Numbered from the stretch's first letter, positions 19,029 through 28,501 are shown. The stretch is DNA of 64,000 nt from Methanobacteriota archaeon (GCA_963769885.1 CAVYNH010000006.1:352001-416000); one strand, 5' to 3'. Notes: generated by a model not told the origin, from the sequence alone. Numbers and translations are program-made.

Positions 19029-20153
19029 TTAGGAGTAGCCCCCGATCATGAGGCTGGGGTCCCCGAGCAGGATCCATTCCTGGACGGTCTTCTGGTCGAT
19101 GCCGTCCCAGCCGCCGACCCCGGCGAACATGGTCTCGTTGATCGTCTCTCGGGTCAGGCTCACCCGCATCCAGACTGGGGAGGGAAGCGTCGTGACCCCC
19201 CATCGGAAGGGAAGCGTCGTGTAGGTCGTTGTCGTCCCTGGCGTCACGTTGACAACCTCGTTGATTACGGTCCACTCCGTGCCCTCGGCGCCCTCCATCC
19301 AGCTTCCGTTCTGATCGAAGTCGATCAGCGCGTTCAGGTAGCGTGGGACGTCAGGGGCGGTCGCGTTCACCGTGATGGTCACGGAGAGTCGAGCGGTATG
19401 ATTTGAGAGGATGATGGCCATGCCGTCGTCACTATCCGCGTTGACGAGGTTCGGTACAAGGTCCGGGTCGTTGGGATCGGTGACGTCCACCTCGGCGCTG
19501 ACCGTCGTCCCGAGCATCTCCTGGCCGGTGGTGACGGCATGTGCGCAGTGGTCGCCGACCCGGCTGTGGGTGGTGTTGTAATAAGTGGGGAACGCTCCTG
19601 TGACGCCGACGTATGCCTCCTGGCCGTCAGGGGCGTCGCCGTAGTCGGCTCTCGGTGCACCGGGACTCGTCGCTACTGGTATCGGCAGTGGGTAGCTCAG
19701 GGTTGGATAGACGGTGATAAGGTCGCCTCGATGATGGCTGCGGTTGTCCCCCAGGGAGTGGTTGTTGATGAGGGGCGGCCAGGATTCGTTGATCGTGGTC
19801 GTTACGCCTGTTTCTGCGTCGATGAGGAGGTATCGTGTCGGGTGGGCATACAAGGCCCAGGGGGCGTCGTCGATGAACACGAACCAGGAGTTGGCGGAGA
19901 CCGGATACGAGGTTCCGCTTTCGGAGGTGATGACGTCGCCGGGGCGGAGGACTCTGGTGAGCATGAGTGCGGAACTGTTGGTCGTCGAGGCACCGGGTTT
20001 CAGGATTTGGTCAACGAAAATGCGTACGGCTTCTTGCTGCTTGATCTTAGTGATGGGATTCACATCGGCATTGGGGTTGGGTGTGAGACAGCCGCTTAAC
20101 GCAGCAGACCCAATGCAGGATACAGCTATGAGCACAACAAGGATTGGTTTCAT
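19029..20153 (-). CDS. Lipoprotein with truncated GEVED-like domain fused to a C25-peptidase-like C-terminus
   Basis: Lipobox LSGC; DYGDAPD, YLNALIDFDQNGSW and WMRVSL; ends KTVQEWILLGDPSLMIGGYS. ATG 20153 is preferred over the long track ORF. Confidence 0.7.
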   Translation of the reverse strand: MKPILVVLIAVSCIGSAALSGCLTPNPNADVNPITKIKQQEAVRIFVDQILKPGASTTNSSALMLTRVLRPGDVITSESGTSYPVSANSWFVFIDDAPWALYAHPTRYLLIDAETGVTTTINESWPPLINNHSLGDNRSHHRGDLITVYPTLSYPLPIPVATSPGAPRADYGDAPDGQEAYVGVTGAFPTYYNTTHSRVGDHCAHAVTTGQEMLGTTVSAEVDVTDPNDPDLVPNLVNADSDDGMAIILSNHTARLSVTITVNATAPDVPRYLNALIDFDQNGSWMEGAEGTEWTVINEVVNVTPGTTTTYTTLPFRWGVTTLPSPVWMRVSLTRETINETMFAGVGGWDGIDQKTVQEWILLGDPSLMIGGYS

Positions 20154-20611
20154 TTGTGTCGCGTCTCCCTCGCCAAAGGCGTACCTCGTGTATTTTCTGG
20201 AGGAATTTAAAGATTTGGAAATGAATCCCTCATAAGGCAGCAGCATTCTCAATTGATACAGTCGGTGGTAGCCTGGGCGCGAAAAATCTATATGACTGCC
20301 TCGCAGAAATTGACACCCTACTATAGGCGAATCAACATCATCGGAGACATGTATCGGAACAAGTACGTCGCCTTCCCGATCCACGGCAGGGAATCTCAGT
20401 CGAGTCCGCAATGTCTTGATCTCGATATGTTCTTTGTCAAAGACGGTTTTATGGAACAATCATTGGCTAACGATGTTGGGCAAGATCGAACTTGGAAAAC
20501 GATAATCCTCGGAAATGTTAAATAGAGGGATGCAGCATAATTATTTCTTGAACATGTCTGAAAAAGAGAAACAGGAGTTAAAGGAGTTCGTCCTTAAACG
20601 TAAAAAATACC

Positions 20612-21043
20612 TCAAGTTTTGTGCGAAGGCTCATTAGAGTTAAACTGAGTCAGCCATGTTCTCAACTCTTTTCCATAGGAGGATTTCATCAAATCCTTGA
20701 TTCTCTTTGCTTTGACGGTATCTTTTTCAATATTCGCTATCGAAAAGAATTCGCGGTGAAGGTCATGTTCTTCTTCAAAACGTAAACGCCATTCTTCGAG
20801 GCGAATTCTATCTTCATCCCTTGCTTTGTTTGTGTAATGGTTCAGTGCAAGAAACCGCTCAGCAGCAATGAGCGAGGTGCGATGGTTTCCATTTTTAAAG
20901 GGATGAAGTGCGATAATGGCAACACAATACGCCATGGCTTTATCGTAGATATCGCCTTTGAGCTCTCGGACAAAACTAAGAATGAAACGGACATCATCTG
21001 ATTGAATGACGAGATGCTGTTCATCTTCATGAGTTGCGCTCAA
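20612..21043 (-). CDS. Fic/Doc family protein (Doc-like), start uncertain or 5'-truncated
   Basis: KAMAYCVAIIALHPFKNGNHRTS matches the Doc variant of HPFxxGNxR. Confidence 0.8.
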   Translation of the reverse strand: MSATHEDEQHLVIQSDDVRFILSFVRELKGDIYDKAMAYCVAIIALHPFKNGNHRTSLIAAERFLALNHYTNKARDEDRIRLEEWRLRFEEEHDLHREFFSIANIEKDTVKAKRIKDLMKSSYGKELRTWLTQFNSNEPSHKT

Positions 21044-21076
21044 TGCTTGACTGAAGAGAGAAGCAAAGTCTTCTTT

Positions 21077-21970
21077 CTATAATTGTATGAGCTTCAATTC
21101 TTCTGTGTTATTCTCAACCGACGGCCATCCATCGGACAGCTGCGGATGCTGAGAAACTAGTTTATGACTGAATATGAAATTATTAATCGTAGACCGGAAG
21201 GCAACCGGCCCTTCGGTGTATTTCAGCGCTTCCTCTGCAGACACGAACCCATCGTGGTTCAAATCGGCACGACCTCGTAACCCCTGGATGAGGAAATACG
21301 GGAACATCCAATGAAGCCGCGGCAGAAACATGCATGACGCCTCATCGACACCACAGGATGTCAAGACAACCCGACCGGAGCCGCCGAAATCGCTGCTTCC
21401 ATCGATCATCCCCCCGGAATGGCACGTATCAAAAATAATGACGATGTTGTGTGATTTGAGCGTGTTGAACCGCGCTGCGAAATCATCGTCGACGATATAC
21501 ACACTCCAATTCCATGTAGGGTACTGTGGATCGTAGGGAAATACGCGTTCGTCTCTCCCATCAGGCTCATCGATCGGAGGCAGATCAACGGGAAGGTAAT
21601 AGCCATGCATGAAAACAAAGTACAAAATGAGGTCGTCTTCGCCTGCCCCGCTTAGCCACTCAAACGAGGTATTCAGTATCGCATCCCTCGTCGCTTCTTT
21701 CTCAAGGAAACAGCGGATGTGATCGTTGTCCCATCCATGCGAAAGCAATATTCTTTTCAATGCCCGAACGTCGTTATTTGCAAGAATTCTATGATGCCAA
21801 TACGTGTACCCCCCACCATAGGAGACGAATACCGCCCATTTCGTTGGGCCTGTGGATGCTGTCGTTGTTGCATATGAATGATCGGTTTTGGGAGGCATTG
21901 CTGAAGTGAGAGGAGGAAAAATCGACGCCAGCACTATGCTTCCAACAATATAAACAAATATTTTTTTCAT
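21077..21970 (-). CDS. Secreted caspase-family (C14, metacaspase-like) peptidase
   Basis: Signal peptide; catalytic dyad FMHG and FDTCHSGG; ADLNHDGFVSAEE; QHPQL. Confidence 0.88.
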   Translation of the reverse strand: MKKIFVYIVGSIVLASIFPPLTSAMPPKTDHSYATTTASTGPTKWAVFVSYGGGYTYWHHRILANNDVRALKRILLSHGWDNDHIRCFLEKEATRDAILNTSFEWLSGAGEDDLILYFVFMHGYYLPVDLPPIDEPDGRDERVFPYDPQYPTWNWSVYIVDDDFAARFNTLKSHNIVIIFDTCHSGGMIDGSSDFGGSGRVVLTSCGVDEASCMFLPRLHWMFPYFLIQGLRGRADLNHDGFVSAEEALKYTEGPVAFRSTINNFIFSHKLVSQHPQLSDGWPSVENNTEELKLIQL

Positions 21971-22118
21971 GGCCTCTTCCCTGGTGATAATAAGGCCGTT
22001 CTTCTATAAATATGTATATTTGCCTCTAATTTATATATCCAGAAGTCCCGGTCTTATAGGAACAGGGTCGTAACTTTGATATAAATGATATGCATTAGCA
22101 ATACATGGGGGAAGCGAT

Positions 22119-22728
22119 ATGAAAAGAGCTGCAGGAATCATTGTTTGTATACTGTTGATTCCAACGTTTTTACCGATCTCGGCAATGGCTGGAGACGCGG
22201 CACACCCTGAGATCTCGGATGGGACGGGGGACGCACGAAAAAGCGCCGATATCCAGAAAGCCTGGTTCTCTGAAGACCCGGCAACCCCCGAGTTCCTCTA
22301 CGTGACCATCCAATTTGTGGAACTCAATCCAGACTATCGAGGGACTATCATCAACGGCGTCTTTTGGACGATGAACCACGAGAACTATATCGCGTACGGC
22401 CGGATTGGAACGTACCTGGGCGAGAATTATTTTTGGGCGGGTCTTGCAGGAACGAATACGGGGAGCATGGTGAACGGATCTCTAAACATGACAAACGGAA
22501 CGATCACCTATACAATCCCGAAGTCAGTCATTGGAAGCCCACACACAGGAGACATCCTGAACAGAACCCTTGGCGCAACAGGTACAGCGCACCCCGCTTC
22601 TGGAACAATTGAATTGGAATCCATTTTTCAGAGACGTCTTGTTCAAAATACTTGGATTAAAAAAATTGATCTTGCAAGATTACGCACCAGACAAAGGACT
22701 AGGAAACGACTACACCATTCTGTATTAA
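22119..22728 (+). pseudogene. Secreted hypothetical protein with a +1 frameshift near 22580 (real or sequencing error)
   Basis: Signal peptide; ADIQKAWF. The shifted frame continues VQRTPLLEQLNWNPFFRDVLFKILGLKKLILQDYAPDKGLGNDYTILY* to TAA 22726-22728. Span is 3n+1. Confidence 0.65.
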
Positions 22729-22857
22729 AACCAGACACATCGCAGCATCGGCCTCCTCTCTTTTTTCACACTAACAGTAAACAGGTGAATAGAGATTCTT
22801 AATAACGAGAAAGACCGAAAAGACACTTGTTGAGGGGTTTGTAGGTTTGCTGTTTGA

Positions 22858-23286
22858 TTAATAATTCTTCTTTGTCGCGCTTTTCCCCAAATGTCGCGTC
22901 GTCATCTCGAGGTACTCCTTCGCCGTCCCAACCCAGAAATCATCCGCGGACTTCGACGACTGGCTCCGGATGAACTCACGGGTAGCTATGGCCTTGAAAT
23001 CCCGGTCATACGTAATAATCCCGCAGACCTCCGGGTTCTCCAACGCCGCCTGCACCAGCAACAAATCAGCCAAGGACGGCCGCTTACGGTCATCCGTCCA
23101 CAACTCACGCAGCCCCGGCGAGATCTCCTTCACCATATAGACCATGATCCGCGGCTCGACCGACGCCCGGACCTCCTCCAGCACCTGCTTGGTCACCGCG
23201 ATTTTCGCCACCAGAAGCACCCGCTCGCAGTCCCGCCCACGCACCGGATTCTTATTCCTCGCGTACAGCAAAATATTCGCATCCAC
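22858..23286 (-). CDS. PIN-domain (VapC-like) nuclease, copy lacking the N-terminal Zn ribbon
   Basis: VDANILLYA...EEV...LAD...TYDRDF acidic tetrad; open frame; GTG start with no SD. Confidence 0.6.
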   Translation of the reverse strand: MDANILLYARNKNPVRGRDCERVLLVAKIAVTKQVLEEVRASVEPRIMVYMVKEISPGLRELWTDDRKRPSLADLLLVQAALENPEVCGIITYDRDFKAIATREFIRSQSSKSADDFWVGTAKEYLEMTTRHLGKSATKKNY

Positions 23287-23302
23287 CAGGTAAAGGGGGA
23301 AT

Positions 23303-23394
23303 TACCGAAATCTACCAAAATCTACAAAATCGGTAGAAACATTTATAAGAACTCACGACCTACCAATATCTACCGAAATCTACGAAATTGGTAG
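23303..23394. promoter_or_regulatory. Duplicated operator array around the TATA box of fic
   Basis: TACCGAAATCTACCAAAATCTACAAAATCGGTAG (23303-23336) and TACCAATATCTACCGAAATCTACGAAATTGGTAG (23361-23394) flank TTTATAA (23342-23348). Confidence 0.75.
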
Positions 23395-23399
23395 TTCCC

Positions 23400-24707
23400 A
23401 TGAAAATTCCTGAAAAACCAAAGGAGTACAAAGAAATCTTCAAAGAATCCTACGAAGAAATTTCAAAACACTTCCATGACAAGAAAATTCTTGAATTCCT
23501 CGCCAAATGCAATCAGCCTTATCTCCACTGGGATCAACTTCGCTATAAACCGACACCACAGAACCTCCCACCAGAGCTTATCTGGGCCATGTTAAAAATC
23601 ATCCGAGAAAGCCAATATAAGAACCTGAGATTCTCCTCGTGGCATTTCCGCTATATCCTCCTGGATGATTTCCAGAAAAAACTCCATATCCTCGACAAAG
23701 GAACCGCAGGGATCTTGGGAACAAACTTCGAATCAATCAACTCCTACGTCCGCGAACGCTACATCATCAGTTCCCTCATGGAAGAGGCGATCGCCTCAAG
23801 CCAACTCGAAGGGGCAGCAACCACACGAACCATCGCCAAAGAGCTGCTCAGGAAAAAGAAAAAACCGAGAAACTACTCGGAACAAATGATTGTCAACGGG
23901 TACAGCACTCTGCAGAAGATAGTCGCAGCCAAGACCCACACGATTACACCTGACTTCATCCTCGATCTCCATAAGAGCATCACGGAGAGCACCTTGAAGG
24001 ACAGGTCACACGAAGGAAGGTTTCGGGACAACAACGAAGTGGTCGTAGCCGACCCTTTTGAAATCGACAAAGTATTCTATAAACCTCCTGATTTCAAACA
24101 GATCCCTGCACTCATCGAAGAATTCTGTCAGTTCGCCAACAACGACACCGAGGAGTTCATCCATCCTATCATCAAGGGAGTCCTTCTTCACTTCCTGATC
24201 GCCTATATCCATCCCTTCGAGGATGGCAACGGCAGGGCCGCTCGGACGATTTTCTATTGGTATGTCCTCAGCCACGGCTATTGGCTCTTCGAATTCATGG
24301 CCATCTCCAGAATCCTTCTCCGATCGAAGGTGAACTACGGACTGTCATATTTGTATACCGAGACTGACGACAATGATATGACATATTTCATCGACTTTAA
24401 CCTAAAGGCAATCCAAGAAGCAGTCGAAGACATGAATGCATACCTGAAGAGGAAACAAGAAGAACAGACAGAGATTCTCAACCTCATTAAGCAGTATAAA
24501 AATCTGAACCTCCGACAAGCCGAAATATTAAAGGAATTCGTCAAAGACCCTGAAAAAATCCATGACGTCAAAGAGATTATGACGACCTATGGCATCGCGT
24601 ACGACACGGCAAGAAACAACCTCCTCCACTTAACGAAACTCAGATTCTTGGAAAAAACGCGGATGCAAAAGAAATTCCTCTTCAAACTCTCACCAAAGAA
24701 AAGATAG
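23400..24707 (+). CDS. Fic family protein (class II, with inhibitory helix and C-terminal wHTH)
   Basis: HPFEDGNGRAAR catalytic loop; SSQLEG inhibitory motif; C-terminal LNLRQ...YDTARNNLLHL wHTH. Confidence 0.93.
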   Translation: MKIPEKPKEYKEIFKESYEEISKHFHDKKILEFLAKCNQPYLHWDQLRYKPTPQNLPPELIWAMLKIIRESQYKNLRFSSWHFRYILLDDFQKKLHILDKGTAGILGTNFESINSYVRERYIISSLMEEAIASSQLEGAATTRTIAKELLRKKKKPRNYSEQMIVNGYSTLQKIVAAKTHTITPDFILDLHKSITESTLKDRSHEGRFRDNNEVVVADPFEIDKVFYKPPDFKQIPALIEEFCQFANNDTEEFIHPIIKGVLLHFLIAYIHPFEDGNGRAARTIFYWYVLSHGYWLFEFMAISRILLRSKVNYGLSYLYTETDDNDMTYFIDFNLKAIQEAVEDMNAYLKRKQEEQTEILNLIKQYKNLNLRQAEILKEFVKDPEKIHDVKEIMTTYGIAYDTARNNLLHLTKLRFLEKTRMQKKFLFKLSPKKR

Positions 24708-24732
24708 GCAAGATCAATCATGAGGCCAATGA

Positions 24733-25269
24733 TCACTTCGCCCTTCTCTGATTCTTCTGCGTCTTCTCCAGGTACTCCTTCGCCGTCCCAACCCAGAAAT
24801 CATCCGCGGACTTCGACGACTGGCTCCGGATGAACCCCCGCGTCGCAATCGCCTTGAAATCCCGGTCGTACATAATGATCCCGCAGATCTCCGGGTTCTC
24901 CAGCGCCGCCTGCACCAGCGACAAGTCCGCCAGCGACGGCTGCTTACGGTCATCCGTCCACAGCTCACGCAGACTCGGGGAAATCTCCTTCACCGTATAG
25001 ACCATGATCCGCGGCTCGACCGACGCCCGGACCTCCTCCAGCACCTGCTTGGTCACCGCAACCGGTGCCACCAGAAGCACCCGCTCGCAGTCCCGCCCAC
25101 GCACCGGATTCTTATTCCTCGCGTACAGCAAAATATTCGCATCCACCAGGTACCGCTTCTCCCGACGCGCAAGCCGCATGTACACCAGCTCACGGCCGCA
25201 CACGCAGTGCACGTTGCGCGACTTCGGCAGCCGCAGCCGCCGCTTACACCCCGGGCACGTCACCTTCAT
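24733..25269 (-). CDS. Zn-ribbon plus PIN-domain nuclease
   Basis: MKVTCPGCKRR...HCVCG followed by YLVDANILLYA...YDRDF; G-rich SD. Confidence 0.8.
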   Translation of the reverse strand: MKVTCPGCKRRLRLPKSRNVHCVCGRELVYMRLARREKRYLVDANILLYARNKNPVRGRDCERVLLVAPVAVTKQVLEEVRASVEPRIMVYTVKEISPSLRELWTDDRKQPSLADLSLVQAALENPEICGIIMYDRDFKAIATRGFIRSQSSKSADDFWVGTAKEYLEKTQKNQRRAK

Positions 25270-25507
25270 CCAGCGTCCCCCATACACATGAGAAACAAGA
25301 TAGCATATATCATGCTTCCCCCGCTCCTTAAGAAACGCTTCTTTTTCCGTCCCCCTCCTGGCTAATGCAAACCTATATAAACCAATGCTCCCCTGGAAGA
25401 GCAAACATAAAAGAACGAAAATGAGGTTTCCGTCACTTTTCACACTCAGGAAAGGCGAACGGCGAAGCGGATAGTTTTTCTTCTTTTATTGGGAACGTGA
25501 AATTCAC

Positions 25508-25705
25508 ATGAAAGGAATCGTGCGGTGCTATAGTTTCAGGCGACGGCGCGGGTTGATCTCCGGCGACGGGGACCGGGACGTCTTCTTCAGACAGGCGGAC
25601 ATCCCGATGGATCTTATGCTTGAGAACGGCGATCTCGTCGAGTTCGACTGCTACGACTCCGAGCAGGGGCTTCAGGCGAAGAACCTCAGGAAACTCTGCG
25701 GATAG
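25508..25705 (+). CDS. Cold-shock domain protein (divergent RNP motifs)
   Basis: MKGIVRCY...RGLISGD..DVFF...GDLVEF...GLQAKNL. Confidence 0.85.
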   Translation: MKGIVRCYSFRRRRGLISGDGDRDVFFRQADIPMDLMLENGDLVEFDCYDSEQGLQAKNLRKLCG

Positions 25706-25725
25706 ATACCCCAGTCCGTCTTCTT

Positions 25726-25752
25726 GGGGACGGCGTCCCCCGTTGTTTTTTT
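25726..25752 (+). terminator. Hairpin plus T-tract terminator
   Basis: GGGGAC-GGC-GTCCCC followed by a T run after the csp stop. Confidence 0.6.
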
Positions 25753-25810
25753 CGTGGTTCTTGTGGTTTTCGGGGAGTCCTTATAGACTTAGTGTGGGTT
25801 GTGGTGGGAT

Positions 25811-25975
25811 ATGGGCGATGATCGTTATTGTGCGATCTGCGGGGATGCGTTGGAGGAGTCTGAGATGGGGGATGTCTGCTGGGATTGTCAGAATCTGATG
25901 CTCGCCAGTCCGGTCACGAACCCCGGGGGAAACGCAAGTGATGGGAAGGGATTGGGGAAGCGGCCGTACCTCTAA
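25811..25975 (+). CDS. 54-aa Zn-finger micro-protein
   Basis: MGDDRYCAICGDALEESEMGDVCWDCQNLM... with two CxxC; SD GGTGGG. Absent from the ORF track. Confidence 0.65.
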   Translation: MGDDRYCAICGDALEESEMGDVCWDCQNLMLASPVTNPGGNASDGKGLGKRPYL

Positions 25976-26023
25976 GCCTGCTCTCGACTAAGGAAGAGAG
26001 AAAAAAAGAAAAAAGAGAAGGGT

Positions 26024-28359
26024 TTAGGAGGCAGTAACCCAGATGAGGAGGGCGAAGCCGGACCCGGTCTTTTGAGCAGTGGTGTTGTCGTCGGCGGTCG
26101 CGGCGACGGTGATGCTGAGGGCTCCGAGGCCGATGATGGGGCGGTCCGTGATGGTCGTGCTGTTGCCGGGGTCGAGGACTGCGATGGTACCGTTGGCGTG
26201 GGGGCCGATGAGGATGAATCCTCCGGTGAGGTTGATGGTCCAGGTGATGTTGGTGAGGGGGGTAGTGCCGTTGTTGGTGAGGGTGGTGCTGAGGCTGAGG
26301 AAGCCGCCTTTGAGGGCGCCGATGAGGAGGCTGCCGGGGGTGGTGCCTTGGGTGACGGTGGCGGTGGCGACGGCGGGCAGGCAGTTCTGGGCGGTGGCGG
26401 TGACGGTGAGGGTGCCGGGGGTGGCGGGGTCCGGGGTGAAGGTGGCGGTGCCGGTGCCGTCGGTGGTGGCGGTGAGGTAGACGTCCGGGTTTTTCCAGAG
26501 GCAGACGGTGACGTCGGCCTTGGGGCTGTCGCCGCTGGTGACGGTGACGGTGAAGGTGCTGGGGCCGGTTTGGAGGCTGGTGGGGGCGGTGATGGCGAGG
26601 GGCTGCGGGGTGGCAAGCCAGATGGGCAGCTCCGGGTCGCCGAGCAGGGTGAGTTCGCTGTAGATGTATTGGTCGTACTCGTCGCCGGTGTTGATGTAGC
26701 TGTCTTTGTGGTCGGAGAACGCAGCTCCGAGGTGGTAGAGGTTGTTGCTCATGAGGCTGTGGAAGAAGGATTGGTCGTAGCCCATGCTGAGGGTGTTGTA
26801 GCTTTGGGATTGGTACCAGCCGTAGCGGCTGTTGCCGATGAAGGCGAGGCTGCCGCCGTTGGGGTTTTGGAGGAAGTGTTCAGCGATGCAGTCGTTTTCG
26901 TCGAAGGCGGCGGGGTCGCAGCCCATGCTGTAGAGGGTGCCTTGTTTATTGCCGTTGGTGAGGGCGTCGACGTCGGCGATGTCGAGGAGGAGGTTGTGGT
27001 GGGTGTAGCCCATGCCCATGACGTCGGTGTTGGAGTGGTCGGCGTGGTTTATGATGTTCTGGCCGGCGTTCATGGCGGCGATGGCGTTGGTGAGGTGGTT
27101 GCCGGTCTGGCTGTCGTAGACGGTGGTGACGGTCCAGCCGGTGGTGAAGTGGGCGTTGACGATGGCGATCTTGCATTGTTCTGCTTTGGTGCGGCTGTCG
27201 AGGTCGAAGCCGAACATGGCGGCGGTGGTGGTGAAGGCGGGCGGGTTCTGTTCGTAGGTGAGGAGTTTGGTGATGAAGGTGCCGATCTGTCCGGCGCCGG
27301 TGCCGGGTCCGCTGACGCTGGCTCTGCCGACGTTGAGTTCGCTGATCCAGTCGTTGTCGAAGTCGGCGTAGTAGGCGTCGTTGGGGACGGGGTCTGAGTC
27401 GGGGGGATTGATGGTTCTCATGTTGGTGGGGATGGTGTCGATGTCGCCGCCGAGGAGGATGTAGCTGGCGCCCCAGGTGGCGTACGCGTCTTGGACGAAG
27501 GCGCGGATCTTGCTGATGTCGGTGCTGCCGCTGTAGCTGCTGAGGACCCAGTCGGTGGTGACGATGGTGGCGGGGACGCCTTTCTGGGTCTTCCAGTCGG
27601 CGAGGGGCTGGAAGGCGCTGACCCAGTCGGCGCGGGTGATGATGACGTAGTCGTAGTCGCCGGTGGGGACGACGCTGTGGTGCGGGAAGGGAGAGGTTTG
27701 GAGATGGACGTCAGTAGGGTTGATGACGAGGGCTTCGGTGCGATCTATGAGTTGTTGGGTGGTCTGGGGGGTGGCGTGGTCGGAGAGGTAGTCGCTGCAG
27801 GGGCGTGGGGTGGTGTGGATGGTGATAATGATCTGGGTGGTGAGGGTGAGGGTGCCGGTGGCGGGGGTGTAGTGGATGGGGGTGATGGCGATTGTTGTGA
27901 TGGGCTGGCCGGCGAGGTCACCGGTGCTTTGGATGGTGGCAGTGGTCGCGGGGTAGGGGGTGGTCTGCTGGTAGATGGCGGGGTCTGGTGGGATGAGGGA
28001 GGCGGGGGTGTCGAGGGTCTGTGGGTTGGCGGGGATGATGGTGTAGGTGCCGGGGATGGGCTGTTCTGTGGTGGTGATGGTGAGGCTGGTGGCGGTGGTG
28101 TCGGCGGGGAGGGCGACGTGGATGGTCTGGGTGGGGAGTTGGGGTGCGCCGGGGGTGGTGAGGCTGGGGTAGGGGCTAGTGATGAGGGTGCAGCCGTCAA
28201 TGGTATCGAGTTTGAAGTCAGCGGGGTTGTAGGTGAGGGCGACCGTGACGGTGTCCGTCGTGGTCGCATGCGTTCGGGTCGCGGTGATGGGGAGGAGAAG
28301 GCAGCCTGTAATGAGAAGGATGGTTAGCGTCTTCGCTATCGTGGTGGTGATGGTTTCAT
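26024..28359 (-). CDS. C25 (gingipain) cysteine peptidase with propeptide and C-terminal Ig domains; 1-nt deletion right after the start codon
   Basis: Frame is open 28354-26024 (PGAPQLP, YVIIT, LADWKTQKG, YILLGGD, NHADHS, SMGC, LLGDP). Adding one A to ATGAAA gives signal peptide MKTITTTIAKTLTILLITGCLLLP. Confidence 0.85.
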
Positions 28360-28501
28360 ACCCCCTTAGGGGTCGTTATAGGCACTAATGGTTTTTATAG
28401 TTATCCCATGCTGGAGATATGGTCTGTGTTTTTGGAGTATTTATATCACTCCGCTTGGAGAACCTCAGGGGAATGGATGGAAAAGACGGGAGGGATGATG
28501 G

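Larger units (their letters stand above)
22899..25152. repeat. About 390-bp imperfect direct repeat (22899-23292 and 24759-25152) flanking the Fic gene
   Basis: Base-by-base match at offset exactly 1860, ending ...ATCCACCAGGTA in both copies, with scattered substitutions. Confidence 0.95.

Noticed and set aside
20154-20525. N-terminal extension of the 476-aa ORF and the opposite 90-aa ORF (20253-20525)
   Set aside because: The lipoprotein signal begins at 20153; neither translation shows motifs or host codon bias.
21044-21079. Pyrrolysine/amber recoding
   Set aside because: TAG clearly ends many genes here (554, 1132, 1718, 33383), and no pyl genes or tRNA-Pyl were seen.
23303-23394. Mini-CRISPR array
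   Set aside because: Only two internally repetitive 34-bp units with mismatches, straddling a TATA box; operator-like instead.
22899-25152. Diversity-generating retroelement TR/VR pair
   Set aside because: No reverse transcriptase in the window, and the differences are not adenine-specific.
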